Both the position numbers and the translations under genes were made by a program. From positions 38,732 to 102,731 of the forward strand of contig DAOVZK010000003.1 in the NCBI GenBank assembly GCA_030635145.1: DNA of 64,000 bases, read 5' to 3'. Positions 38,234-46,832 of the stretch are shown here, piece by piece. Numbering within the stretch: the first letter of the stretch is position 1; each line of letters opens with the position of its first letter. The notes under the pieces are model-generated. The model made no database searches, had not been told where the DNA came from, and saw nothing but the letters and a program-made list of their open reading frames with translations. This DNA comes from Planctomycetota bacterium (GTDB lineage: Bacteria; Planctomycetota; Phycisphaerae; SM23-33).

Positions 38234-39499
38234 CTACTTATATTTCTTAAAATCAACGGTGTTGTCGTCGTAGTTGATTTCGACTTCACGTCCGCCGTTG
38301 AGGATGCTCAGGCGGCCGGCCTCGACGACAAGTTCGTTGTAGTTGCTGTTGGCCGGTGTCGCCATGATCCCGTCGGCGTCGAGCTGCTTGAGGAACTTCT
38401 GGCGTGCCTCCAGCGAATCCATCTGGCGAGCAGTACAGCCTTGCTGGATGATGAACTCGGCACTGCGGTGTCCGTAACCGACCGGCACAAGCCCATCACC
38501 GCCCTGGTCGATCATCTGGAAGTAGTCGGGGTTCGGCTCGGCGTAGAGGGTGTCACCGGGATCGTCGCCTTTGAATTCGTAGTGGGTTTTGACACCGCGG
38601 AATTGATCGGAATGCACCAGCAGCGTGGCGTCTTTGGAACCCTGGTTCCACATCGTCATGCCCTGTGCATTGCCACCAGCCGCTTCGTCCGGGTAACCCA
38701 TCGCGTCGACAACGCTCAGCGATGCGCCGTTTTCCCACACCACGCGAGCGTCCGTCCAAAGGTATCCCATCTTGCCGTTGGGGTATTTGTCCTCAATGCC
38801 GTACACGCTGACGCTCTTGGGTTTCAAACCCGTGATGAACGCCACGATGTCTACGTAATGGCACCCGACGTAGGTGAACATGTCGCTGTGTTCGCAGGTG
38901 CACCAGTTCTGAAAGTTCGAGTCGCGGTAGTAGTACGGTTCGATCATCTGTGCCTGCGCGAGGCGGAACTCTCCGAGCTTACCGGCGCGATATGCCTTGC
39001 GGGCCATCAGGTTGCGATAGTCGAATCGCTTGTGATACTCCACGCCGATGACGAGACCCTTGGCGTGAGCTTCGGTTTCGATCTCCAACGCCTCAGCATG
39101 CTTCAGCACCAACGGTTTGACAACGCAAACGTGCTGGTCGAATTCGATGGCTGCCTTCAGCGCACTGTAGTGCAACTGGTCGGGAAGTGCGATGACGCAG
39201 ATTCCGCCCTTGGGGGCAGCTTCCAAAACTTCGCGGAACATGTTGGGGAATTTTTCGTCGGGCTTTGCGGTGGCGGGGTCGGGATGCGCAATGAAGCTCT
39301 GGCCCGGAAACGCCTGCTGCAACGACTCGTCGTCCTGAATTACCTTCAGCGGAGGAGTATCGAGCGCACAAATGTGAATGTCACCGACGATCCCTTCCCG
39401 CTGCATGTGATACACGGTCGGAAGCAATTGAATCTGCGTAATCATACCACCACCGACGATGGTTACCTGCGGTTTGTCTGCGTTATTTGCGTTGCCCAT
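38234..39499 (-). CDS. Gfo/Idh/MocA-family oxidoreductase
   Basis: Rossmann VTIVGGG, ALPDQLHY, VCVVKPL, YHKRFD, GCHYVD. Confidence 0.85.
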   Translation of the reverse strand: MGNANNADKPQVTIVGGGMITQIQLLPTVYHMQREGIVGDIHICALDTPPLKVIQDDESLQQAFPGQSFIAHPDPATAKPDEKFPNMFREVLEAAPKGGICVIALPDQLHYSALKAAIEFDQHVCVVKPLVLKHAEALEIETEAHAKGLVIGVEYHKRFDYRNLMARKAYRAGKLGEFRLAQAQMIEPYYYRDSNFQNWCTCEHSDMFTYVGCHYVDIVAFITGLKPKSVSVYGIEDKYPNGKMGYLWTDARVVWENGASLSVVDAMGYPDEAAGGNAQGMTMWNQGSKDATLLVHSDQFRGVKTHYEFKGDDPGDTLYAEPNPDYFQMIDQGGDGLVPVGYGHRSAEFIIQQGCTARQMDSLEARQKFLKQLDADGIMATPANSNYNELVVEAGRLSILNGGREVEINYDDNTVDFKKYK

Positions 39500-39657
39500 G
39501 CATGATCCTTTCGTATTTTGTCTCTGTTGCGAGGTTTTTTACAACTTGGCGAACCAGTAACAAGATAGCATACCTTCGGAAAATCGACGATATCAGAACG
39601 TGGAATCATAACCCGATTTCATTGAATAATCGTCCAGTTGCGGGGTATTGTCCCCGG

Positions 39658-40587
39658 TTAGTTTTTGTCGGCGTGCGGCATTTTCGGTGCCCCGAACGGC
39701 AGCGTCTGAACGGGATGCGCCTGCGCCCCCAGCCGAAACGCTTGGGGAGTTTGCTTGGTGGCGGCTTTGAAAGTTCGCACAAGATGCGGTGCGTCGGAGA
39801 ATCCCCAGCGTTGCGCGATGGCGAGTAATTTCAGGTCGGTGCTTTGCAGATCGCGCATGGCCCCTGCCAGCCGTCGGCGCTGACAGTACTTGGCAAAGGG
39901 TACGCCCATGGTCTTGCGAAACATCTCCGAAAATTTACTGCGCGACATATGCGACGCACGGGCAGCGTCGGCGACGGTGATGTTGGCGTGCGGGTTGTTT
40001 TCAAACATCAGCAACGCCGGTAATAGCGTTTGCCGGTCGGAAAAACTCGCCGTTTCGTTTTTGTTTGTCCCGCCGGGTTGCTTGTCTGCGAAATACAGCA
40101 GCAGCTCCTGCAGCAATATTCGCAGCCGTACCAGCCAGTGCGGGTTTTTCGAGTTGAGCAAATCTACGATGCGATTGGCGATCTGCAAAACAAATTTGCG
40201 GTCAGCCTCGCTCGAAACCCGAATGCGGTCGCGCGGGGCAGCGCGAAAAAAATCCAGCCAATCGCACGAGGCGTACGGATCGTTGAGGTCGAGAAATTCC
40301 GGGAGCAACCCCAGCACTAAATGCCGCGTATTTTTCCGGACGACCTGCATTCCGTGCGGTTCCCATAATCCTACCAGCCACATATCCCCGCGAGTTGCGG
40401 TAAACGTGCAGTCGGAATAAAGCCGCTTGCTAGACCCGCGGAGCACAATCCCCAACTCCAACCCTACATGGATGTCGAAGTAGCGACCCGTCGTGCGCGG
40501 ATAATCGTTTACACTCCACGCCACCGGATGCTTTACATCGCTGAGAATGTCAAAGTATTCGTAGGATTGTTCCGACAGCTGCGACAT
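39658..40587 (-). CDS. AraC-family transcriptional regulator (cupin + HTH)
   Basis: FDIHVGLELG...WEPHG cupin; C-terminal AARASHMSRSKFSEMFRK...IAQRWGFSDAPHLVRTFK. ATG 40587 preferred. Confidence 0.9.
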   Translation of the reverse strand: MSQLSEQSYEYFDILSDVKHPVAWSVNDYPRTTGRYFDIHVGLELGIVLRGSSKRLYSDCTFTATRGDMWLVGLWEPHGMQVVRKNTRHLVLGLLPEFLDLNDPYASCDWLDFFRAAPRDRIRVSSEADRKFVLQIANRIVDLLNSKNPHWLVRLRILLQELLLYFADKQPGGTNKNETASFSDRQTLLPALLMFENNPHANITVADAARASHMSRSKFSEMFRKTMGVPFAKYCQRRRLAGAMRDLQSTDLKLLAIAQRWGFSDAPHLVRTFKAATKQTPQAFRLGAQAHPVQTLPFGAPKMPHADKN

Positions 40588-40630
40588 GGGCGTTGCAATG
40601 CTCCTGTTTGAATAACTGTTCACGCGAAAA

Positions 40631-40748
40631 TTTTGACAGGATAACAAGATGGTCTGATTGATAATTTTCAATTTCCAATTTCAAATTTACAATTGGAATT
40701 CGTAAATGGGAAATTGCCAATTTGCTCTATCCTGTGATCCTGTCAAAA
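40631..40748. repeat. TTTTGACAGGAT...ATCCTGTCAAAA element, copy 2
   Basis: Left TTTTGACAGGATAACAAGAT, right ATCCTGTGATCCTGTCAAAA; the interior is an AATTTCC/AATTGG heptamer-like palindrome. Confidence 0.8.
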
Positions 40749-40941
40749 AATGATCGACAGAAAAAAACTGTTAACGCTCACCTGTTTGGACGAGGGAATC
40801 ATACCAGATTCTGGACGATTATTCAACTCGATCCAGCAGAATCAGCGACAGGAATTTGGATGGCACAGCAAAAATTCTGTATAAAGATTCGGTAAAAATT
40901 CGGTAAAAAATGCAAAAATCGCGAGTAGTATGGGGGTTTGC

Positions 40942-40961
40942 GGGCACTGCACGGAGGTAAG
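40942..40961 (+). promoter_or_regulatory. GGGCAC-NN-CACGGAGGTAAG motif, copy B
   Basis: 18/20 match to the reverse complement of 24415-24434; about 150 nt upstream of the prepilin-like gene. Confidence 0.3.
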
Positions 40962-41109
40962 GCTTATTCTTAATTTGAGGCTTATCCTCATTTAAAAATA
41001 TGTCGCATTTTATTAAGCTACCTCATGTGTAAGGGCAGATTTTACTTTTTCTGATGATTTTCGCAAATAATTGCAATAATTAATCCCGCAATACGTTACT
41101 AAAAAGACC

Positions 41110-41721
41110 ATGATGAATAAATTCACATCATCAACACGGTTTGGCACTAGAGGAGCGAGTCGCCATCAACGTATTTGCTTAAAAGGCTTTACGTTGATTG
41201 AGCTGCTTGTTGTAATTTCCGTTATCGGCCTGCTGGTAACCATTATGCTCCCGTCGCTGGGCAGGGCCAGGGGTCTCGCTCGCCGGGTTGCCTGCGCCGG
41301 GAATCTCCACGCCATAGCTGTCGGGTTCCGCATGTATCTCGACAGCAGCAACGACATCATGCCATACGCCGCCGAAATGCCGTCTCTGGGGCTTGTCTAT
41401 TCAGGAGCGACGATTCCATATCCGCGAATCGTGGACGTTTTGGCAAAGTCCGTGGAGGATGGTAATACCTTCAAGTGCCCCGCCGACACCGAGCCGGCTG
41501 CCAAAACCGGGAAAACCTACTTTGAATCCGAAGGCAGCAGTTATGGGTATTGGACAATTCACGGTGGACAGCATGTAGATCGAGGATTTCTTACCGACCG
41601 ATTTGGCGCGGCGAATGTTCCTGTTATGAACGACTACGAGGCCTTCCACGGAGAACCGGGAACGCTTGGGTCAGCCAATTATCTTTTCGCCGATTGTCAT
41701 GTCGGGGATATGATCGACTAA
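41110..41721 (+). CDS. Prepilin-type N-terminal cleavage/methylation protein (DUF1559-like, H-X9-DG-type C-terminal motif)
   Basis: KG/FTLIELLVVISVIGLL...LPSLGRAR...CAGNL; FKCPAD; C-terminal FH...NYLFADCHV. Confidence 0.88.
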   Translation: MMNKFTSSTRFGTRGASRHQRICLKGFTLIELLVVISVIGLLVTIMLPSLGRARGLARRVACAGNLHAIAVGFRMYLDSSNDIMPYAAEMPSLGLVYSGATIPYPRIVDVLAKSVEDGNTFKCPADTEPAAKTGKTYFESEGSSYGYWTIHGGQHVDRGFLTDRFGAANVPVMNDYEAFHGEPGTLGSANYLFADCHVGDMID

Positions 41722-41770
41722 AAACGTGAAAGAAGCACTGGACAACGCAAACTAAATGATGAGGTCAATT

Positions 41771-42403
41771 ATGAGTAAATCGAAATGGATAATACTTGGA
41801 GCGGTGGGCGTAATTTTGGTCGCTGGTGCTGTTGCGGGTACGATGTGGTTTTTCAGCGACGACGAACCGGCGCCGAAGATTTTGTCGGAAGAGGAAATTG
41901 GCGACGAAGAGGCCATGCAAACCGCCAGATTTATGGCCAGCGAAGGCTTCGCTAAACTTCCCGACGACCAACAGCAGAGGTATCTTGACGTGGTCATCAC
42001 CAACCACGAAAAGCGGGCGGAACTTTTTGGCCTCCGCAATCAGCTCAGCGAGGCCGAGCAGAAACAGCTGGGAAAGAACATGCGCCCTGTGTTCGAAAAA
42101 CGCCTCAAGCGGCACGTTGACGAGTATAACGAACTTCCACTCGACGAGCGTGAAGGATACCTCGATAATCTGATCGACATGATGCAGGAAATGCGCGATA
42201 AGACTCCGCCTCCATCTGGTGGCCGAGACCGTCAGGCTCACGCGCGACGTGGTGGATCTTCGGGGCGGGGAAAAGCCGGCCGCGCGCGGATGAAAAAATG
42301 GGTGGAGACTACCTCACCCCGCGACCGTGCCAAGATGATGAATTTTGCAATGGGTATGATGGCTCGCCTGCGGGCACGCGGAATTAACACAGGCCCGCGA
42401 TAG
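41771..42403 (+). CDS. Hypothetical protein with N-terminal membrane anchor
   Basis: GAGG before ATG 41771; single TM followed by a helical charged domain; directly follows the prepilin-like gene. Confidence 0.65.
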   Translation: MSKSKWIILGAVGVILVAGAVAGTMWFFSDDEPAPKILSEEEIGDEEAMQTARFMASEGFAKLPDDQQQRYLDVVITNHEKRAELFGLRNQLSEAEQKQLGKNMRPVFEKRLKRHVDEYNELPLDEREGYLDNLIDMMQEMRDKTPPPSGGRDRQAHARRGGSSGRGKAGRARMKKWVETTSPRDRAKMMNFAMGMMARLRARGINTGPR

Positions 42404-42468
42404 CAGACCGGCACTGACACAACCAGTCGACAACGCCGGTGGCTATTATTTACCAGCCACACTCAACT

Positions 42469-42498
42469 CATGCCATCACTACGGGCTGACGCCACCCG
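42469..42498 (+). repeat. CATG(G)CC...CTGA(CC)RYGCCACCCG repeat, degenerate copy
   Basis: Similar to 43310-43345 and to the reverse complement of 43187-43222. Confidence 0.5.
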
Positions 42499-42552
42499 TC
42501 AAACAAACAAGCTATTCCCAACACCCAACTCCACTGGACTAGAACACACCCT

Positions 42553-43119
42553 CTAGGCCTTCCAATGCCATCCATTTCCCTCACTTATAGCATCGTTGTT
42601 AATCTTTTCAGCTGCCTTACGGTATTTTACGGCCAACTTGACAACTAAAATTATTTCAAATGCAAGACCGCTGACAACGAATCCGACAATCAAGGCATCG
42701 TTCCACCCTCCCCATTCCAAGGGTTGCTGGGTCAACATTTTTTTAATGGTGGCAATTGCCATAAGCAACAGACCATAAATACCTACTATCCAACAAGCGA
42801 TCATTCCAATTCTTGCACGAATGGCAATATCCACTGATTTCTTTTTTAAGAGCCAAGCCGTACCAGCTACGAGAAAAACAAAAAGAAACAATATGCCTAT
42901 TAAATAGTCTGATAAGCTAGGGGTTGAAACCAAAGGTTCATTTATCTCAAATGTTCTCCATCCATAAGATAGCGTATTGCCAGATTCACTACCTATGAAT
43001 GGAAATCCAAAAAGTATGATTGAAACAAACAGTTGAAAAAATAGGGTGCAAAGAACTATTTTGGATGACAATACCTCAATGCTCTTCTGGATTTTTACTT
43101 GGTATTCATTTAATAACAT
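42553..43119 (-). CDS. AT-rich hypothetical integral membrane protein
   Basis: 188-aa ORF with about four TM helices; markedly lower GC than neighbours; GGAG upstream. Confidence 0.65.
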   Translation of the reverse strand: MLLNEYQVKIQKSIEVLSSKIVLCTLFFQLFVSIILFGFPFIGSESGNTLSYGWRTFEINEPLVSTPSLSDYLIGILFLFVFLVAGTAWLLKKKSVDIAIRARIGMIACWIVGIYGLLLMAIATIKKMLTQQPLEWGGWNDALIVGFVVSGLAFEIILVVKLAVKYRKAAEKINNDAISEGNGWHWKA

Positions 43120-43186
43120 GGGTCAATTACTCCTAAACTAAAGGACACCTTAGTGTTTCAGGCTTCTGTCAACTCAGTAGAGATGG

Positions 43187-43345
43187 CGGGTGGCGTGGTC
43201 AGACCTGAAAGGGATGGCCATGGTTTTATATTATTCACTCAATGGTACATTATCCCGATTGACGATGCATGAGAATATTATAGTTGCAGCATCTCCAGAT
43301 TCAATCATTCATGGCCGTCGGCTTCGCCGCTGACCGTGCCACCCG
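43187..43345. repeat. REPIN-like inverted doublet
   Basis: 36-nt arms CGGGTGGCGTGGTCAG-acctgaaagggat-GGCCATG and CATGGCC-gtcggcttcgccg-CTGACCGTGCCACCCG around an 87-nt AT-rich spacer. Confidence 0.75.
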
Positions 43346-43496
43346 CATACGAACTACCCGTGCCGAATCTCCCGCCTTGCAAATCGGTGTGTTTGGCTGT
43401 AGCATCCGTGCAAGCCTTGCTGTAAAGGCTGCAAACTCTCAAAGAGTAATAGTCGTGATGACAAATGCCCCCATGCGCGGGTGTCGGATGTAACGG

Positions 43497-44891
43497 ATGC
43501 AACTACAACCCAGTTTTACCGAAGGGCCTGTGGGACGAACCCTATTCGTGAAAACCCTCCCGATGGTGGCGGGAATCCTCGCTCTTGTTGCATACAATCT
43601 CGCCGATACGATTTTCGTTGCACACCTGGACAAAGGTACCGGCAACTCGCATTACCTCGCCGCGATGGGTTTTATTTTTCCCGTAGTCATGCTGATAATT
43701 TCCGTTTCGCTGGGTTTGGGGACGGGAGTTTCGTCGGTAATTTCCCGAACCATCGGAAGCGGAAATCTCAAACGCGTCCGCCGCCTGACTACGCACAGCC
43801 TGATCCTCGCACTGCTGGTCGTGATTTTCTTCGCCACCATCGGCCTGCTGACGATGGACCCGGTTTTTCGCCTGCTCGGTGCCACCCCGGAAACGATACC
43901 GCTTATCAAGCAATACATGAATATCTGGTACGCAGGCGTAATTTTCATCGTGATCCCGATGGTCGGTAACAATGCGATTCGGGCGTCGGGCGATATGAAA
44001 ATTCCGGGCCTGATCATGTGCGTCGGTTCTGTGCTGAACATTGTGCTCGACCCGATCATGATTTTCGGATGGTGGGGCTTTCCGAAAATGGGCATCGCGG
44101 GTGCTGCCCTTGCGACGGTAATATCGCGGGCCGTGGCGACGTGTTTTTCGCTGTGGGTGCTGTACCACCACAAAAAGATGCTCGAAGTTTCGCGTAAAGT
44201 CTTTCACAAGATGTTCGACTCGTGGGGCAGAATCACCTACATCGCCGTTCCCGCCGCCGCCACGACAATTCTGTTTCCCCTCTCGCTGGGCGTACTGACG
44301 AGGCTTGCTGCCGATATCGGCGGGCCGGTAGTCGCCGCCGTCGGGGCAGGTAACCGAGTGTTGGCGTTTGCGATGATTCCAATCTGGGCGCTGGGTTCTA
44401 CGCTAGGCCCGTTCGTTGGGCAGAACTGGGGCGCGAAAAATGCCGCCCGTGCCAAGCGGGCAGCTATGCTGAGCTGCGGGTTCTGCATCGTGTGGGGATT
44501 GCTCTGCACAGTAATCTGCATCGCCACTGCCCGACCCATCGCTGAACTTTTTGGTGAAGACGGCGAGGTCATCACGCACTTTCGGCGCTTCATGTGGATC
44601 TTACCACTCGGATTAGGCTTGCGGGGTGTATGCGTGCTGGCGTGCTCGTGGTTCAACGCCGTCAACAAACCGTTCATATCCGGTGCCATCGATATCCTGC
44701 GAATGTTCATCCTGACGATTCCGCTGGCGTGGTTAGGCAAGGTGTTGCTGGGCAGCTGGGGACTTTTCTCCGGGGCCTCGCTCGCCAGCATCATCGCCGG
44801 AATTTTCTCGTACATGTGGATAATCAAAACCTGCAAAAAATACGTCGCCCTCGAAACGGCACAACATCTCGACCCAGCCTCCAATGAATAA
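43497..44891 (+). CDS. MATE-family efflux transporter
   Basis: 12-TM pattern; YNLADTIFV, NAIRASGDMKIP, LNIVLDPIMIFG...MGIAGAALATVISR. Confidence 0.93.
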   Translation: MQLQPSFTEGPVGRTLFVKTLPMVAGILALVAYNLADTIFVAHLDKGTGNSHYLAAMGFIFPVVMLIISVSLGLGTGVSSVISRTIGSGNLKRVRRLTTHSLILALLVVIFFATIGLLTMDPVFRLLGATPETIPLIKQYMNIWYAGVIFIVIPMVGNNAIRASGDMKIPGLIMCVGSVLNIVLDPIMIFGWWGFPKMGIAGAALATVISRAVATCFSLWVLYHHKKMLEVSRKVFHKMFDSWGRITYIAVPAAATTILFPLSLGVLTRLAADIGGPVVAAVGAGNRVLAFAMIPIWALGSTLGPFVGQNWGAKNAARAKRAAMLSCGFCIVWGLLCTVICIATARPIAELFGEDGEVITHFRRFMWILPLGLGLRGVCVLACSWFNAVNKPFISGAIDILRMFILTIPLAWLGKVLLGSWGLFSGASLASIIAGIFSYMWIIKTCKKYVALETAQHLDPASNE

Positions 44892-44978
44892 TGATTACTC
44901 GTGGCGAATAGGCTACTCTTTCCATTTTTGGCTATCCGTATGGCATGTATTATTGTCGCGTCTCGATAATATCGCCCC

Positions 44979-45007
44979 TTGACAACTTAGCTGAATAAGT
45001 ATAACAT
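44979..45007 (+). promoter_or_regulatory. sigma70 promoter of higBA
   Basis: TTGACA-17 nt-TAACAT, 8 nt before GTG 45016. Confidence 0.6.
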
Positions 45008-45015
45008 CTACAGGT

Positions 45016-45297
45016 GTGATTCAGTCATTTAAATGTAAAAAAACAAAGGCCCTGTTTCAGCGGCAAAAACACAAACGCCTACCGGGCGACTTGCAGCGAG
45101 TTGCGTACCGCAAATTGGTTATGCTTCATAGTGCTACCGGACTGAAGGACCTTCGAGTGCCTCCGGGAAACAGGCTCGAAATTTTGAAAGGTGCCCGCAA
45201 AGGGCAACACAGTATACGAATTAACGATCAATGGCGAATTTGCTTTGTGTGGCGAAACGCGAACGCATATTCTGTCGAAATCGTCGATTATCATTAA
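45016..45297 (+). CDS. higB: HigB toxin (RelE/ParE superfamily)
   Basis: MIQSFKCKKT, DLRVPPGNRLEILKG...QHSIRINDQWRICFVW...VEIVDYH. Confidence 0.93.
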   Translation: MIQSFKCKKTKALFQRQKHKRLPGDLQRVAYRKLVMLHSATGLKDLRVPPGNRLEILKGARKGQHSIRINDQWRICFVWRNANAYSVEIVDYH

Positions 45298-45311
45298 GTG
45301 AAACGAGGTAT

Positions 45312-45614
45312 ATGATGCCCAGAAAAATGAAACCGACACATCCAGGTGAGATTCTGCAAGAAGACTTTCTCAAGCCGTTGGGGCTTAGCCAGTACAGAGT
45401 GGCGAAAGATATCGGCGTTCAGCCGACCCGAATAAATCAGATTGTTAAGGGCAAGATGAGTATTACGGCCCAGACTGCTTTGCGTCTTGGGAAGTATTTC
45501 GGCATGTCGGCACAATTTTGGTTGAACGCTCAATCTTATTATGATCTGGAAGTCACTTTGGACAAGGTCAAAAATAAGCTTGATAAGGAAGTAACCGTCT
45601 TTGACGCCGCGTAA
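45312..45614 (+). CDS. higA: HigA antitoxin (HTH_3/VapI)
   Basis: PTHPGEILQEDFL, RINQIVKGKMSITAQTALRLGKYFG, FWLNAQ; GAGG before the ATG; toxin-first gene order. Confidence 0.93.
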   Translation: MMPRKMKPTHPGEILQEDFLKPLGLSQYRVAKDIGVQPTRINQIVKGKMSITAQTALRLGKYFGMSAQFWLNAQSYYDLEVTLDKVKNKLDKEVTVFDAA

Positions 45615-45639
45615 TGGGTATGGGTTCAAGGTGCTGATA

Positions 45640-46551
45640 GTGAAATATTTATGTCTACTGGCCGTCATGGCGGCGATGTTTGGTGGGTGCAATTCGCAGC
45701 CGTTCGTTAATCCCGAGCGACTCGAGCGCGGCCTGGTCGTGGTGCTGCCCGGCATTGAAGGCCGTGGAATACTGAACGCCGCTATCTGTCGCGGTTTGAA
45801 CGACGGTGGTGTTTCCTGCGCGATCGAGCTGTACGATTGGACCTCGTCGCTGGGGCCGTTGTACAATCTTCGTGCCGAGGAGCATAATCTTCGCAAGGCC
45901 AAGGAACTTGCGCGGCACCTTTTGCGGTATCAGCTCGATTATCCCGATCGGCCGATCCTGATCGTGGGGCATAGCGGGGGTGGAGCGATGGGCGTGTGGG
46001 CGGCGGAGGCGATGGAAGACAATCGCAAGATCGACGGGCTGATTTTGCTGAACACGTCGCTGTCGCCGGACTATGATTTGTCGAAGGCCCTTGATCGCAC
46101 GCAGCGCGGGGTTGTCAACATCTACTCGCCGCGCGATTGGCTTTTGCTGGGCTGGGGGACGAGTGTTCATGGGACTATGGACGGTAAGCACCAGGCGTCG
46201 GCTGGGATGATGGGATTTCGCATTCCTGACAGTATGCCCGAAGCCTACATAAAACTTTTCCAGATGGGGTGGACCAAGCAGATGGCCAATGCCGGTCATC
46301 GCGGGGGACACTTCTCCAGCAGTGCCCCGGAATTTGTCGCTCGCTATCTTGCTCCGCTCGTCAAAAACCCCGAATGGTCACCGCAGCTCATCGAAAATAT
46401 CATAAACGGAGTCAGCGGCGAAACGTTTGATTCGCCCACAAGTGCTCCAGCTGAAGATGAAACTCCAACCACGCAGCCGGCAGAAGACCACGACGAAAAT
46501 CCCGGGATTAAGGCCGTCCCGACAAATCAGCTTCCAGAGACATGGCTGTAA
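45640..46551 (+). CDS. Lipoprotein with alpha/beta-hydrolase fold
   Basis: Lipobox FGGC; VLPGIEG; GHSGGG nucleophile elbow; C-terminal PTTQP low-complexity tail. Confidence 0.7.
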   Translation: MKYLCLLAVMAAMFGGCNSQPFVNPERLERGLVVVLPGIEGRGILNAAICRGLNDGGVSCAIELYDWTSSLGPLYNLRAEEHNLRKAKELARHLLRYQLDYPDRPILIVGHSGGGAMGVWAAEAMEDNRKIDGLILLNTSLSPDYDLSKALDRTQRGVVNIYSPRDWLLLGWGTSVHGTMDGKHQASAGMMGFRIPDSMPEAYIKLFQMGWTKQMANAGHRGGHFSSSAPEFVARYLAPLVKNPEWSPQLIENIINGVSGETFDSPTSAPAEDETPTTQPAEDHDENPGIKAVPTNQLPETWL

Positions 46552-46832
46552 CTGTCGCTGTTGCAAAATGTTGCAGCTAAATATTGCTAAAAACATAACG
46601 ACTAAGTATAATCGCCAAGTTCTATTGCATATTTATGGCAAGAGTATAAGATTAGAGCATTGAAAAGTTGAGAGTTCGTATTTTTGCGATGCGGGTTTGT
46701 TCGTGGCAAGGAAGAAGCATGAGGCATATTCATCCATATTCCGAAATGTTTCTGACACCCCCACGGGCAAAGCACGCCAGCAAAAAGCGAACTATCAAGT
46801 TTGAGATGCTCTGAGACAAAAGGAATAGCGTT

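Noticed and set aside
38150-39505. 451-aa plus-strand ORF
   Set aside because: It is antisense to the well-supported oxidoreductase and has no recognisable motifs; long antisense frames arise from GC-rich codon bias.
46552-46832. Cobalamin riboswitch upstream of the B12 radical SAM gene (also checked upstream of pduO)
   Set aside because: No B12-box or GGGAA...AACTGT-type core was seen.
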